From: Selaginella moellendorffii
Lineage: Eukaryota > Plantae > Lycopodiophyta
Direction of reading: 5' to 3'
Assembly: GCF_000143415.4 (NCBI RefSeq)
Contig: NW_003314337.1
Location: 386,061-450,060, forward strand
DNA: 64,000 bases
The first letter of the stretch is position 1, and each line of letters opens with the position of its first letter. The notes beneath the pieces were generated by a model that worked only from the letters and a program-made list of their open reading frames with translations, was not told the origin of the DNA and searched no databases. The translations under genes and the position numbers were made by a program. Shown here one piece after another: positions 1-11,122 of this stretch.

Positions 1-243
1 AAGTCCTGCCTGAGACGGAATTTGCAGTGCTGCAAAACTTAAGAAATTCTGGATTTTGTTTTCTTCTTTCTTTTTCTCGCTTGCTTTTTAGGTTTGTGAG
101 TTCTTCCGAGACGCATGCAAGTGCTTTTGCTTTGTCAGTTTTTGTTCCTTGGTTTTCTTCTTTCGTTCGTTCTTTTCTTTTTTTCGTCCGAGAAAAGCTG
201 TTTATCTTCCCTTTGTTTTTTTTTTCTTTCTCAGAGTGGTTTT

Positions 244-343
244 NNNNNNNNNNNNNNNNNNNNNNNNNNNNNNNNNNNNNNNNNNNNNNNNNNNNNNNNN
301 NNNNNNNNNNNNNNNNNNNNNNNNNNNNNNNNNNNNNNNNNNN
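244..343. other. Assembly gap (100 N)
   Basis: Run of 100 N characters. Confidence 0.99.
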
Positions 344-2141
344 CGTTCAACTGGATGCTTCCAGGCCCGAGAAAAGGGCCCGCTGTGACGAGTGGTCGTT
401 TGCCGAGACCTCCAACCCAAGCAGAGATGGAGAGGCAGCACCTCAAGGAGCCCTTCCTTCGTCGCCTCGGTTGGAACAGCAGCCGCTAGACACGGATCGT
501 CCCGAAGACAAAAGCTTCGAGAAGGAAAAGTCCTGTGAACAAGATGGAGACGAGTGCCGGACGTCCAAAGAGAAAGAAACTCCGGCGGAAGCGGCTGCGG
601 ACCAGAAGAGCTTGCGACACTTTTCGAGGGCGAGGCAACCAAAAGCTCGGGTATCAGCCGCCGAGGCTTCTGCTCCTCAACAGGGTGCAGAGAACCCTTC
701 GGATGCGTCGTCAACTTCTCTAGAAAACAACAACGTCCACAAGGAAGCGAAGAACAGGAGATACGATTTGAGACACTCTTACGTTGATATTTACCAGATC
801 CCGGAAGAGTTACGCTGCTTCGTGGATGAGGAGGAGGAGGAGGAGGAACTTCCGGATAAAAAGGCCAAGATCCGGAGGAGGAGCAGGCAGGAGAAATCAT
901 CGAAAACTCGGTTGAACAAGGATAAGGTGGAAATGATCGAGGAGTGCCTGAATTTCATGGAACAGATGGGACTTTTCAAGAGCAGTGTTTTGGTGGAAGA
1001 GAGCTCCGTAGTGGCTGTCCATCCGGGGAGCGTTGGCGATGGAAGTGCTACCGCCGAGAACTGTAGAGTTTGTGGACGGCCCGGGAATGCAAACTCAACA
1101 CTGGTATGTGATACGTGCGAGGAGACGTATCATCTCTCCTGCTGCTACCCGAGGATCAGAAGCGTGCCAAGAGATGATCGCTGGCTCTGCAGCTTTTGCA
1201 CGAGGAAACGCAAGAAGAAGACAGCCGAGCTGAAGATATTCCCGGCGGGACATTTTGAAGAGAAGCTTCCTGCAGCTTGGAAGATCGACAAGACTAAAGT
1301 TCGTGGCTGGGACTTGCAGCGCATGGAGAGAACTCAAGTTCGTGTTGGAGATGAGTTTCAGGCAGTTGTTCCGGAATGGTGTGGCAAAGTTTCGTACGAG
1401 GATGTGTAAGTTCTCTCCGGTTTCCTTTTTTTTCCGGTCTTTAACGTATGGTTTTTCTTGTGCAGTCGACCAGATTATCCAGGTCTTGAGGCTCCTCGCA
1501 GTCTGGCGGAGAAATTAAAAGAGAAAGACCAGGCCGAGCAAACTGTTGCTGCTGTAAGCTACTACTCTTTTTTTTTATTCTTTGCTGATGTTCTTTCTAT
1601 CACCAGAATATTTGGCCCATGGGATGGATACCAGCTAGGAGCTTGCCTGAAAACGAACGAGAAAACTGGGTGCAATGCCAAAACATCATCTATGAAGAGG
1701 GCGATTATCTTCCAAGCGGAGAAGTGGCAAACAAGGACATAGTTTGCGGCAAATGGCGAAGGTATTCTCTCATGCAAAAAGCTCTGTAAGTTACGTGAGA
1801 TATCTTTTTTTCCTTTCCAGGGCTCCTTTACACATTGTCGCCGATGATGGATGGGAATGTTCGTGCGCTGTTGCATGGGATCCTCGTCACGCTGATTGTG
1901 CGGTACCACAGGTCTGAAAGCTCATTCTAAGACATTCCAGAGTTTTGTGTTGATAGTTCTCTCTCGTGTAGGAAATCCCCACTGAAGAGATCAGAAAGAG
2001 ACCGAAAGCTCGAATGCAATCTCCTGGCGAGGTAAAAATTCCCGGAAAAATGTAGCGATTGTTCTTAGTTGCTTCTGGCAGGAATGGAAAAACTCGGGAA
2101 GACGAGGCAGAGCAAACCAAAACATGACAGAGTTGTATTGA
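344..2141 (+). CDS. PHD-finger / ELM2-like / CW-type zinc-finger chromatin protein (5' end in or before the gap; multi-exon)
   Basis: PHD motif CRVC..CDTC..YHLSC..WLCSFC and ELM2-like RVGDEFQAVVPEW. Spliced 3' exons give NWVQC..CGKWRRAP..WECSCAVAWDPRHADCAVPQE (zf-CW). GT-AG introns at about 1406-1465, 1554-1605, 1762-1820, 1912-1971 and 2032-2081; stop TGA 2139-2141. Confidence 0.8.
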
Positions 2142-2648
2142 TTTTCGCACGTAAGTGTCGTTCACCATCGTGCTTGATCGATCTCGATTATTTTCTCTTA
2201 AGTTTGTAAAGGAAGAGGATTTTTGTTTGTCTTCTTCCCTTCACGATGGTTTGGGAAGGAAGAAAAGAATGGACAAAGATACATCATCTGGAATCCAACG
2301 GCTAGGATTGGGCTATTTTTTGGACTATGCTGCTATAACAAGGAGCTGAGCGACCTAATGTGAATGGAAGAGGAGGCGAGCGCCGGGACGACACTGCCGC
2401 CGCGGCCGCCGCTCCTCGAGGTAATCGCCAAGACCGTCCTCCCCAGCGCCGGCATTTGGAAATCTCTCCTGGAATCGGCAAGAAAGTGGAGCTGAGAGAT
2501 CCGTTGCGGCGGGGCGGATTTTTGAGCTCCCGGGGATGCTTCTCTTGGAATTCACGGTTTCTCGGGGCCGGGAAGCGAGATTCTAGGGCTGGGGCGAGCT
2601 AGGAATGCGGATCAGCTCCTCCCGGTGATTGCTCTCTCGTCGCTAGCA

Positions 2649-4292
2649 ATGAGGCGACCACCGTACAGTGTCCGGAGGCGGAGGAGGCTCTCGCTCGTCT
2701 CGATTTGCCTCTCGATTGGCCTGCTGGGACTGCTCATTGTGGCGCTCTTTGGATTATCCAAACATCCAGCTCCAATAGCTCCGGTGAGTGCCTGGAATTC
2801 CCTTTTTTTTCTTGGCTGTTCTTACTTTTTCGTCTGTGCTTTCCAGCCAACGAATCAACCTCTTGACGTGGTCATAGCCGATTCATTTAATCTCACGGAA
2901 GAGCTCCTGGATGTTCGCTCATACGCTCGGCAGCTTGGAGATCAGATGGTTCTAGCAAAGGCTTACTTGGTCATCGCCAAAGAGAACAGCAACTTGCAGC
3001 TAGCCTGGGAGTTGAGCGCACAGATCAGGGCCTGCCAGCTTCTCTTCTCACAGGTAGCAACGAGAGCGTCGCCAATCACCGCCGCCGAGGCCGAGCCGAT
3101 CATGAAGCAGCTGGCGTCGCTCATTTACCAATCGAGAGAGCTTCACTACGACATCGCCACGGTGATCATGAAGTTCAAGGCGCAGATCCAAGCGCTCGAG
3201 GAGCGTGCCAGCGCCGCCACCGTCCAAAGCACCACCTTTGGTCAGCTCGCTGCCGAGGCCGTCCCAAAGAGCCTCTACTGCCTGGGGATGCAGCTGACGC
3301 TCGAGTGGGCCGAGACGCGAGGGGAGCTCTCCAAGCAGCAGCACTCCCCGGCCTTGACGGACCAGGACCTCTATCACTTCGTGGTCTTCTCGGACAACAT
3401 CCTGGGGACCTCGGTGGTGATCAACTCCACGGTTTGCAACGCCAAGCGGCCGACGCAGCTGGTTTTCCACCTCGTGACGGACAGCGTCAACTTTGGCGCC
3501 ATGAGAGTCTGGTTTGCTCAGAACGACTTCAAGGGGGCGACGATCGAGGTCCAGAACATCGACACGTTTACGTGGTTGAACGCGTCCTACGTGCCGGTGC
3601 TCAAGCAGCTCCAGGACGTCGAGACGCAGAGCTACTACTTCAAATCCGGGCAGGAGAGCAAGAACGCGGTCAAGTTCCGGAACCCGAAGTACCTCTCCAT
3701 GCTCAACCACCTGCGCTTCTACATCCCGGAGATTTACCCGGAGCTCAAGAAGGTGGTGTTCCTGGACGACGACATCGTGGTGCAAAAGGACCTCACCCCG
3801 CTCTTCTCCATCGATCTCCACGGCAACGTCAACGGCGCCGTGGAGACGTGCCTGGAGAGCTTCCACCGCTACCACAAGTACCTCAACTTCTCGCACCCCA
3901 AGATCAAGGCCAACTTCGACCCGGACGCGTGCGGCTGGGCGTTTGGCATGAACGTCTTCGACCTGGTGGCGTGGAAGAGAGCCAACGTTACAGCCCGGTA
4001 CCACTACTGGCAGGAGCAAAACGTGGACAGGACGCTGTGGAAGCTGGGGACGCTGCCGCCGGGATTGCTCACTTTCTACGGCCTCACGGAGCCGCTGGAT
4101 CGCAAGCTGCACGTCCTGGGACTGGGATACGATCCAAACATCGATGCCCAGCTGATCGAGAGCGCCGGGGTGGTGCATTTCAACGGGAACATGAAGCCGT
4201 GGCTCAAGCTGGCCATGAGTCGCTACAAGCCGCTGTGGGAGAGGTATGTAAATTACTCGCACGCCTACGTCCAGCAGTGCAACATCCATTGA
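2649..4292 (+). CDS. GAUT: Galacturonosyltransferase (GT8, GAUT10/11-like), type II membrane protein
   Basis: N-terminal TM segment; HFVVFSDN, KYLSMLNHLRFYIPE, VFLDDDIVVQKDL, CGWAFGMNVFDL, LWKLGTLP, HFNGNMKPW. One 63-nt GT-AG intron at 2784-2846. Confidence 0.93.
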   Translation: MRRPPYSVRRRRRLSLVSICLSIGLLGLLIVALFGLSKHPAPIAPVSAWNSLFFLGCSYFFVCAFQPTNQPLDVVIADSFNLTEELLDVRSYARQLGDQMVLAKAYLVIAKENSNLQLAWELSAQIRACQLLFSQVATRASPITAAEAEPIMKQLASLIYQSRELHYDIATVIMKFKAQIQALEERASAATVQSTTFGQLAAEAVPKSLYCLGMQLTLEWAETRGELSKQQHSPALTDQDLYHFVVFSDNILGTSVVINSTVCNAKRPTQLVFHLVTDSVNFGAMRVWFAQNDFKGATIEVQNIDTFTWLNASYVPVLKQLQDVETQSYYFKSGQESKNAVKFRNPKYLSMLNHLRFYIPEIYPELKKVVFLDDDIVVQKDLTPLFSIDLHGNVNGAVETCLESFHRYHKYLNFSHPKIKANFDPDACGWAFGMNVFDLVAWKRANVTARYHYWQEQNVDRTLWKLGTLPPGLLTFYGLTEPLDRKLHVLGLGYDPNIDAQLIESAGVVHFNGNMKPWLKLAMSRYKPLWERYVNYSHAYVQQCNIH

Positions 4293-4538
4293 TTTGAGGG
4301 AGAGAGCGAGAGCGAGAGCTTCTTATATTTTTTTGGTTGACGACTCGGGTTCCTTCCTCTTTCTTCTTTTTTTCGTTGAGAGAGAGAGAGCCACTGTGCT
4401 GGCTGCTTAGAAGGGAGGAACCAAGGAGAAAACTTCTCGCAGGAGATTCTTTTGATTCACGGTCGTCGCTTTGATTGATTGCTCGTAGATCGATCACAGC
4501 GTCGCTAGTTTTGATTTTGTTTTGCGTCCTTTTATTCT

Positions 4539-6904
4539 TTACGTGCTTTTCATCGCTTCGATTGCTACTGCTTTGCTTTTCTTCTTCTCTGCCGCTGCCT
4601 GGATAGCCGTAGTGGCGATTGTGGCGATTATGTCTTTGACAGTGCAGCCCCGGCTTAGATCATTGACGGGCTTCCGGAGGCCTTGGAGGATAGGACCAAT
4701 GACAGTAGCTCCAGTGTGCTACAAGAAAAAAAAAAACAAAAACAAAAAGAGAAAAAAAAATTCCGCGATTAAAACAGAGTTTTTGCTTACCTGCTGTACA
4801 ACTTTGCATGCAATGTTGCTGGAATTCAAATCTGGAAAGATGAATACGTTTGCCTGTGACACACGATTCACACTAAGAGAAAAAAAACAGAAGTTTCGAA
4901 TCCTATAGCTTACTTTTCCAGCAACTTCGCTATTCTTTCCTTTAAGCTTGATCTTTGCGGCCGCCGCATTGACCGCTGCATCATACTGCACACATGCAGC
5001 AAAGAGATAAGATCATCCTTGGGATCGTGGCAAACAAATACTGGCAGCACCTGGAATGGTCCCTCGAGTAATAAATCCGGGCGTCTGGATCTTGCGATGC
5101 TGGCAGCGTCCGCGACCTTTTGTACAAGTGGGCCTAGTTTCACAAGTAGAAAATATGTCAAGGCCAGATTTCCATTCTCAGTACCTGCATTGGAGTCTCC
5201 AGTTGCGTAAGAGAGCAATGCAACGCGAGGTTCCAATCCAAAAGCCGTGACCGTGTCAGCAGATGCGATTGCTATCGTCGCGAGCTCGTCAGCAGACGGG
5301 CTTGCGTTGATGGCAACGTCGGCATAGGCCACGACTGCGTCTTCGAGACATATGAACATTACGCTGCTGACGATTGGCGTCGCTGGATCCGTCTAGACGT
5401 CGCTGCTTGTTTAGATCTTTTGCGTCTGAGACTGTCTTTACCTTGATAATTTGCAGAGCGGGACGAACGGTGTTGGCGGTGGTGTGGACTGCTCCGCAGA
5501 CCATCCCGTCTGCGTCTCCGGCAGACACCATGCAAGTTCCCAGAGTGATCGGATCGTTGCCAAGAATTTCTCTTGCTTTTTCCAACGTCATTCCCTGAGC
5601 AATGAAGATCGTAAGACGCTGCTCGTAAAATGAGAAACTTTACCTTGTGTTTGCGTGTTTGATAGTACACTGTCGCGTACTTCTCCAGCTCTTGCGGGTC
5701 GGACGGATCTTTGATAATGGCCGAGCGTAAATCGACATTGGACACCTTGGCAGCCTCAAGAAGTTTTTCTCGCTCTCCCAAAAGGATTAAACTGCACAAC
5801 CCGTGTTGGAGAATAAATCCTGCAGCTTGAACCGTTCGCGGCTCATCACCCTGCACTATTTTTCAGCAAGTAAATATTTTGGAAACGAAAAAGCAAAAAC
5901 GTATGAAGCTTACCTCTGGCAGCAGTATGACTTGATTGTTTTCTTTCGCTCTAGAAAACAAAGAGTTTCTGAACAGCAGTGGACTCACTCGAGCTGCATT
6001 TTCCTTTAAACACAAGTGTAGTTGTGAAATCGAGAATGAAATTTCAAGCTACATACCTCTGGCATGTTTCGTTTTAAAGCCTCCATCTCAATGTTATTGG
6101 CAAACGCTTTCTGGAGAACAAAGTAGATAGTTATATCAAGCTTTAGCCAATGCGAAGAATTTACCACCGGGTTTTCACGTTCATCGAAGCCTGGAAGTGC
6201 TCCCACGAACTGAAGTTTCCACTTTGAAAAGACTTTTCTCATATCTGGAGCGTCAGAAGATCCATATACAAAACCTCCCACAACTCTGACCTTCAGCTTT
6301 TCAAAAGCAAGAGCGCTGCATCGAGTGTAAGTTGCTATTTCTGTGGCCCAGTCCTGCAAATTCCCTGCGTGATCCTTACTGCTCCATAGTTGACGAAGAG
6401 CGTCTACATTGGTCGCAAGGAGCACTGGCGATCCAAGAGCACTGGCAATGTGAGCGTCCAAAGCACTCGCATCTCTACAAAACTGTGTTCCTTCGATCAG
6501 CACACACTCGTGCCTTCTCTTGAGCTCTTCGTAAGCTGGACAGGAAAGATCATAAACGAGGAAAGGAAGAAAAGAGACACATGGACAAAAAGAAGTAACT
6601 TACCGACGTAAATTTGCTCCAGCATCTCGTCCAGATCGCCATTCGCGAGAAATTCTAGCGCTTTTCTTCGATCGATCCCCCACATTGTATCGAAACCCTT
6701 CACCGCGTCAGCGTTTGCCGCCCCGACAGGTCTAAAATACCCCACATCGCGTTCGAGCACTCGGAGAACGCCCAACAATCCCACCCTGACCGCTCTAGCA
6801 GCACGATCGTCGGCCTCGGTGACTGTCCGGTGCAGATAGAGCGTGTGGAAATCTCGATTCCTCCTCCAGCAGTAGCCGGAAGCTCGCGCAATTTGCCTCA
6901 ACAT
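4539..6904 (-). CDS. pta: Phosphate acetyltransferase (phosphotransacetylase), long form with N-terminal extension; likely organelle-targeted; many introns
   Basis: Spliced exons give [109 protein letters not shown]-terminal GYFRPVG and LIEG motifs as in E. coli-type Pta. Arg-rich presequence [17 protein letters not shown]. Confidence 0.92.
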
Positions 6905-6943
6905 CGAGGAACCCTAAAATCCTAGAGAAGTGAAATTAGGGCG
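6905..6943. promoter_or_regulatory. 39-nt spacer between divergent ATGs with telo-box-like motifs
   Basis: GAACCCTAAAATCCTAG...ATTAGGG lies between the PTA ATG (6904, -) and the RRM gene ATG (6944, +). Confidence 0.6.
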
Positions 6944-7907
6944 ATGGCGAGTAGCGAGGGCGCCCCGGCTCCATCGTTTCTGGTAAGTTCTCTTCCTTTT
7001 CCGGTCGATCCCACGGCTCCATTGATTGCAGCCTCTAGAGGCCGGCGCCGCCGGGAGCTCCAAGAAGAGGAAGCAGCGGAGCTCTTCTTCCCGGATTCTC
7101 ACAGAATTCGATGAGCAAGGCAAGAGAAGATCTTCTGTGGTCTACATTGGAAGGATTCCACACGGTTTTTATGAAGATCAAATGCGAGGTTGTGTTTTTT
7201 TTTTCGGCTTTGCTGGATGGATCACTGACTTGTTCATGTAGGATACTTCTCTCAATTTGGGGCTGTGACACGACTACGCCTTTCTCGCAATAAGAAGGTT
7301 CTCGTGAATGTTTGTCCCGTGAAACCTTCCTTTACACTTTTCTTCTCTCTTTGCAGACTGGAAAGTCTAAGCACTACGCTTTTGTAGAGTTTGAAACGCC
7401 AGAGGTAAGAGCTAAACGTTTTCTCACATTGTGATAGCCTTTAAATTATCCCCAGATTGCTCAAATCGTCGCCGAGAGCATGAACAACTATCTCATGTTT
7501 GGAAGGATGCTTCAAGTAAAGATTGTTCCGACTGATCAAATCCATCCATCTTTGTACGTTTTCTTTTTCTCTCGATGTGCCTGCTGACGTATTTTTGTGC
7601 AGATGGAATGGAGCAAACAAGAAGTTCTACTTACCTTCCAAAACTAAGACCAACGAGGTGAGTATCTATAGATGTGATGCTCATATACCAGGAAGCTTTT
7701 TTTTAGGAGATGAGTTTAGAACGAAGGCAGCGCTTGGTGGAAAAATTCGCGCGCAAGGATAAAGCACGGCGGACAAAACTACAGGCTCTTGGCTACGATT
7801 ACCCAGAAATTGTGAGTATCATAGTAGGGATCGATTATAGAAAATGCTGACACTCGAACTTCCAGGAAATATCAAATCTAGCGCCTACGAAGACGAGGTT
7901 TGATTAA
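6944..7907 (+). CDS. Nucleolar RRM protein, Nop15/NIFK (MKI67IP)-like; multi-exon
   Basis: [71 protein letters not shown], the characteristic Nop15/NIFK RRM. Stop TAA 7905-7907. Confidence 0.88.
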
Positions 7908-8084
7908 AACACGAGAAACATTTGAAGCATAGAGTTTTTCTTTTTATGAGGATGAATGCTTAGAAATTCTTCATTTTTAGTATGAAAAAATATCTTTTAA
8001 TGATCCCTTTTTTAAAATTAAAGTAGTGGTTCTTAAAACTATTTATTTAATTTTACATTAACATAAGCTCCACTTAAAAGCTGC

Positions 8085-8640
8085 ACAGACCACCTGATTA
8101 TGTTTCAAATCCTGTTAGATCTCTCCAGTGCAAAAAGTGGTAGGCTCCTCTACTGCTTTGTGGATTTTAAGAAAGCCTTTGACATTGTACTGAGACACTT
8201 GTTATTCTAACAATTAAAGGAACTCAGTGCACCAGCCAATATTGTCAATGTCATAAAGCACTTTTACACCTGCATTCAAATTGAGCTCACTGGACAATCA
8301 GCAGTCCCTTGTGACGCCAGATTCAAGCAAGGGTGCCCACTCTCCCTGACATTGTCTAGCATTTACATTGATGTGTTAACTGGCCAAGCATGAGCTTTCC
8401 ACCACCTAGATTGCTGGTCTTCATCTCAACCCAGGTCACTAGTCTTCATCTCATGCACAATATATGCTAACAATTTTGTTACTCTTTACTATAACAGAAA
8501 AGAAGATCCAATGGCAGTTAGAGGCCCTCAAGGAATTCTGCTAGGACATAAGACTCAAGAGCAACCTGATCAAAACACAAATGTAATCTTCAGCTTGAAA
8601 ACAAGCCACACACCGCTTTGCAAGTTACCACTTACAAGTA
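8085..8640 (+). mobile_element. Degenerate non-LTR retrotransposon (LINE) reverse transcriptase fragment
   Basis: LYCFVDFKKAFD (about 8148-8183), FKQGCPLS (about 8322-8345) and YANNF in place of YADD; in-frame stops. Confidence 0.8.
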
Positions 8641-8810
8641 ATTCAGTTATCACCTTCACCATTAGTGAACATGGACCACTGGAGTAGTACAACACAAAGC
8701 CGCAGCTGGACAGGCATATTACAACCTATTGAACTCGCTCTACCAAGCAGCCATGTACCAGTGGGATGCATGAAAGGAAACACTATCAAGCTAGGGTTAA
8801 CACCACCCTG

Positions 8811-10400
8811 TTACATGGTTGCACCCCCCAGCCATGGGCTGAAGGACTGCAGCTCCATTGTTTCGAACAACGTGGACAAGTCATCACTGTTGCTGTGCAA
8901 TGCTTGCCGCAGCCTGCAGCAGGCATCGAAGTCGTCTTTCTCTACAGTGGCGTTCCAAGGCAAGCCCCGCAAAGTAGAGGCAAACATAGGACACCGACGC
9001 CAGCTCCGTCATCAGCCCCAGACGAGCACCGATGAGGCCGTTCAAGGAGCTGAAACGCAGATCATACGTCGCAAGCTCACATACATGCTGCTGCTGCTTG
9101 AGCTCCAGAGCAGCGCCAAAGTCGAAGAGGTAGAAACGCCTGCCATCTTTGCGCGGTGTGTAACTCCAACGTTGCGGGGATTTATATCCGCGTGAAGCAC
9201 ACCGTTCCTTTGCATTCACCCACGCATCAAGATGGATCAAAATGCCTAGAACCGAACTTACGTGCAAGACGATCACTATTCTCGTAAGGTCCCGGCAGAG
9301 GTCGTGCACTGTTTCTGCGACAAGCAGTCGTGGCTGAACCAAGTCAAGGAAAGGAACACCCTCCAGCTCCGTGAGCACAACAGGACAGCCCTACCAGTGG
9401 CCGGAGAAAACAAGAGGTGGGATCAGGCTGCAGCGTCTGAGCCTAGTCAAGATTTTGGCCTCCGTCTCCACCTACAGAAATCTTAGTGTCTTTTTGTCTC
9501 CAGATGAATTCATACCTCGTCCCACATCGGGGTTTCAATGCACAAATCCTCTGCACTTCCTTCATCGCACGAGGATAGCCGACTTTCATAATCAGCTACC
9601 GGCGGAAGGCAGCGCCTTCCACTTTGTACACGGACGTCCAGGGGCAGCTCAATTCTGCCAGCACCTGGACCGATAGCTTCCCCTCCCCAAGCTCGACCGT
9701 CTGTCCGGCTTTCAGGCAGCGAACACTGCCTTTCACTTCCAGGATCTGGCTCGGAAGCCAAGCTCCTGTTGATATAAGAAAACAAAGTCGTCCAACTGTT
9801 GAAGGAGCAGCATACCAGGGTGGCTTTCTCCAGCGCGGAACGGATGACGTCAGAACCCTGGATAATACGAGATGCTCGCTCAGCAGAGTTATAAGAGAGA
9901 AACAAAAAAGCAGACACCTCCTACTTTCCAGCGTTCTGGAAGTGAACTGAGATGCCGAATGAAGTCCGGAAAGCCGCACAAGACTGCTTCCTAGTGTCAC
10001 TTGTGGCAGCTCCGTAGATTTTCTTCAGCTGCTGGAGCATCCCGTTCCGCAACTGGCCGCTTTCGGGCCGCGACTTGAAACGGGTCCAGGCAACCTCGTC
10101 AATGTTCTCAAGCAACAGGAGTGGCTTGACGGCATTGAAGTGCTCGTGCAGAAACCCAAACTGCCTTGTTGTCTTGCGCACCTTCTTTCCCTGGATCCGA
10201 TCGGGAAGCACCCTATCAGCTCTTTCGTCTGGCGCATGCTCTTGAACCTGCCGCTTCAACTCAGCTGATCTATCTGCCGGGATGTGTGGCATGCAGAATT
10301 TGTTAGAATCAAGCCACTAAAGCCAAACCCCAAGAACCAGGGCGCCAGCGAATTTCTTAGAATGTGGCTTGATCGGCATTCTGGACAACCGGAGATTCAC
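8811..10400 (-). pseudogene. Frameshifted, intronless divergent Ser/Thr kinase gene (CK1/fungal-type kinase-like C-terminal domain, unknown N-terminal domain)
   Basis: Stitching frames on the - strand gives VYKVEG...LIMKVG, MLTELEGVP, NGVLHADINPRNV (catalytic loop), FYLFDFGAA, RFSSLNGL...ELASVSYVCLYF and GLPWN. Several frameshifts and stops. Confidence 0.7.
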
Positions 10401-11122
10401 GATCATGGATTTTCTCATCTGACTGGAAGCTCACCACCACCAAGCCTGAGGGACGTGCTGGTGATCATAACTTAGGCTCATGACGATTTTTCATGACTGG
10501 AAGTCGTGATCGATAACACAAGATGTCCGCTGACTTTTTGCAATCAAGTATGACTGCCGATAGAAATTTATCTTGGGTATGTTTCTTCCCAAGTTCCATG
10601 GGAAGAAAGAAAATCTGTGTTCTATTTCTTAAAAGAATAAGAATTGCATCTTTTTTAAGAGTTATTATTATAATATTATAATAAAATGACAATAAAATTC
10701 TATGATAAAACTAAAATAATTTCAAAATCGAAAGTAAAGTTAAAAACACAGATAATATCTTAAAAAATGTATTTTCTTTTTGTGGTCTTGTATGGCGGTC
10801 TTTATTGCACAAAAACTTGTCTTTGCTATATCATTATTATTCATATAGTTATTTATCTTCAAAAAAACTTTATTTCAAACCACCTTTATTTTTACCTTTT
10901 ATTAAATATTTTATTATATACCGTTCAAGAATGTTAATTAACAAATACAACAGTAAATTTGGAGTACGGTAATTGCGTAAAGTTATAATCAAATAATATT
11001 TCTAAGTTACTTTATATGTTTTCTTAATATATTTATGCAAATTTAAAATATTTATGCAAGATTACTGCACTCATTTCTTCAATCCATCTTAACCTTTTAA
11101 AACTCTTTTACAATGCGGATGA

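Noticed and set aside
27-343. N-terminal part of the 460-aa ORF
   Set aside because: It is T-rich, intron-like sequence read through an N gap; not credible coding sequence.
3048-4297. 413-aa antisense ORF and 330-aa alternate-frame ORF over GAUT
   Set aside because: Expected by-product of very high GC3 codon usage; no recognisable motifs.
4539-6904. Bacterial contamination as the source of pta
   Set aside because: The gene has many GT-AG introns and is embedded among plant genes.
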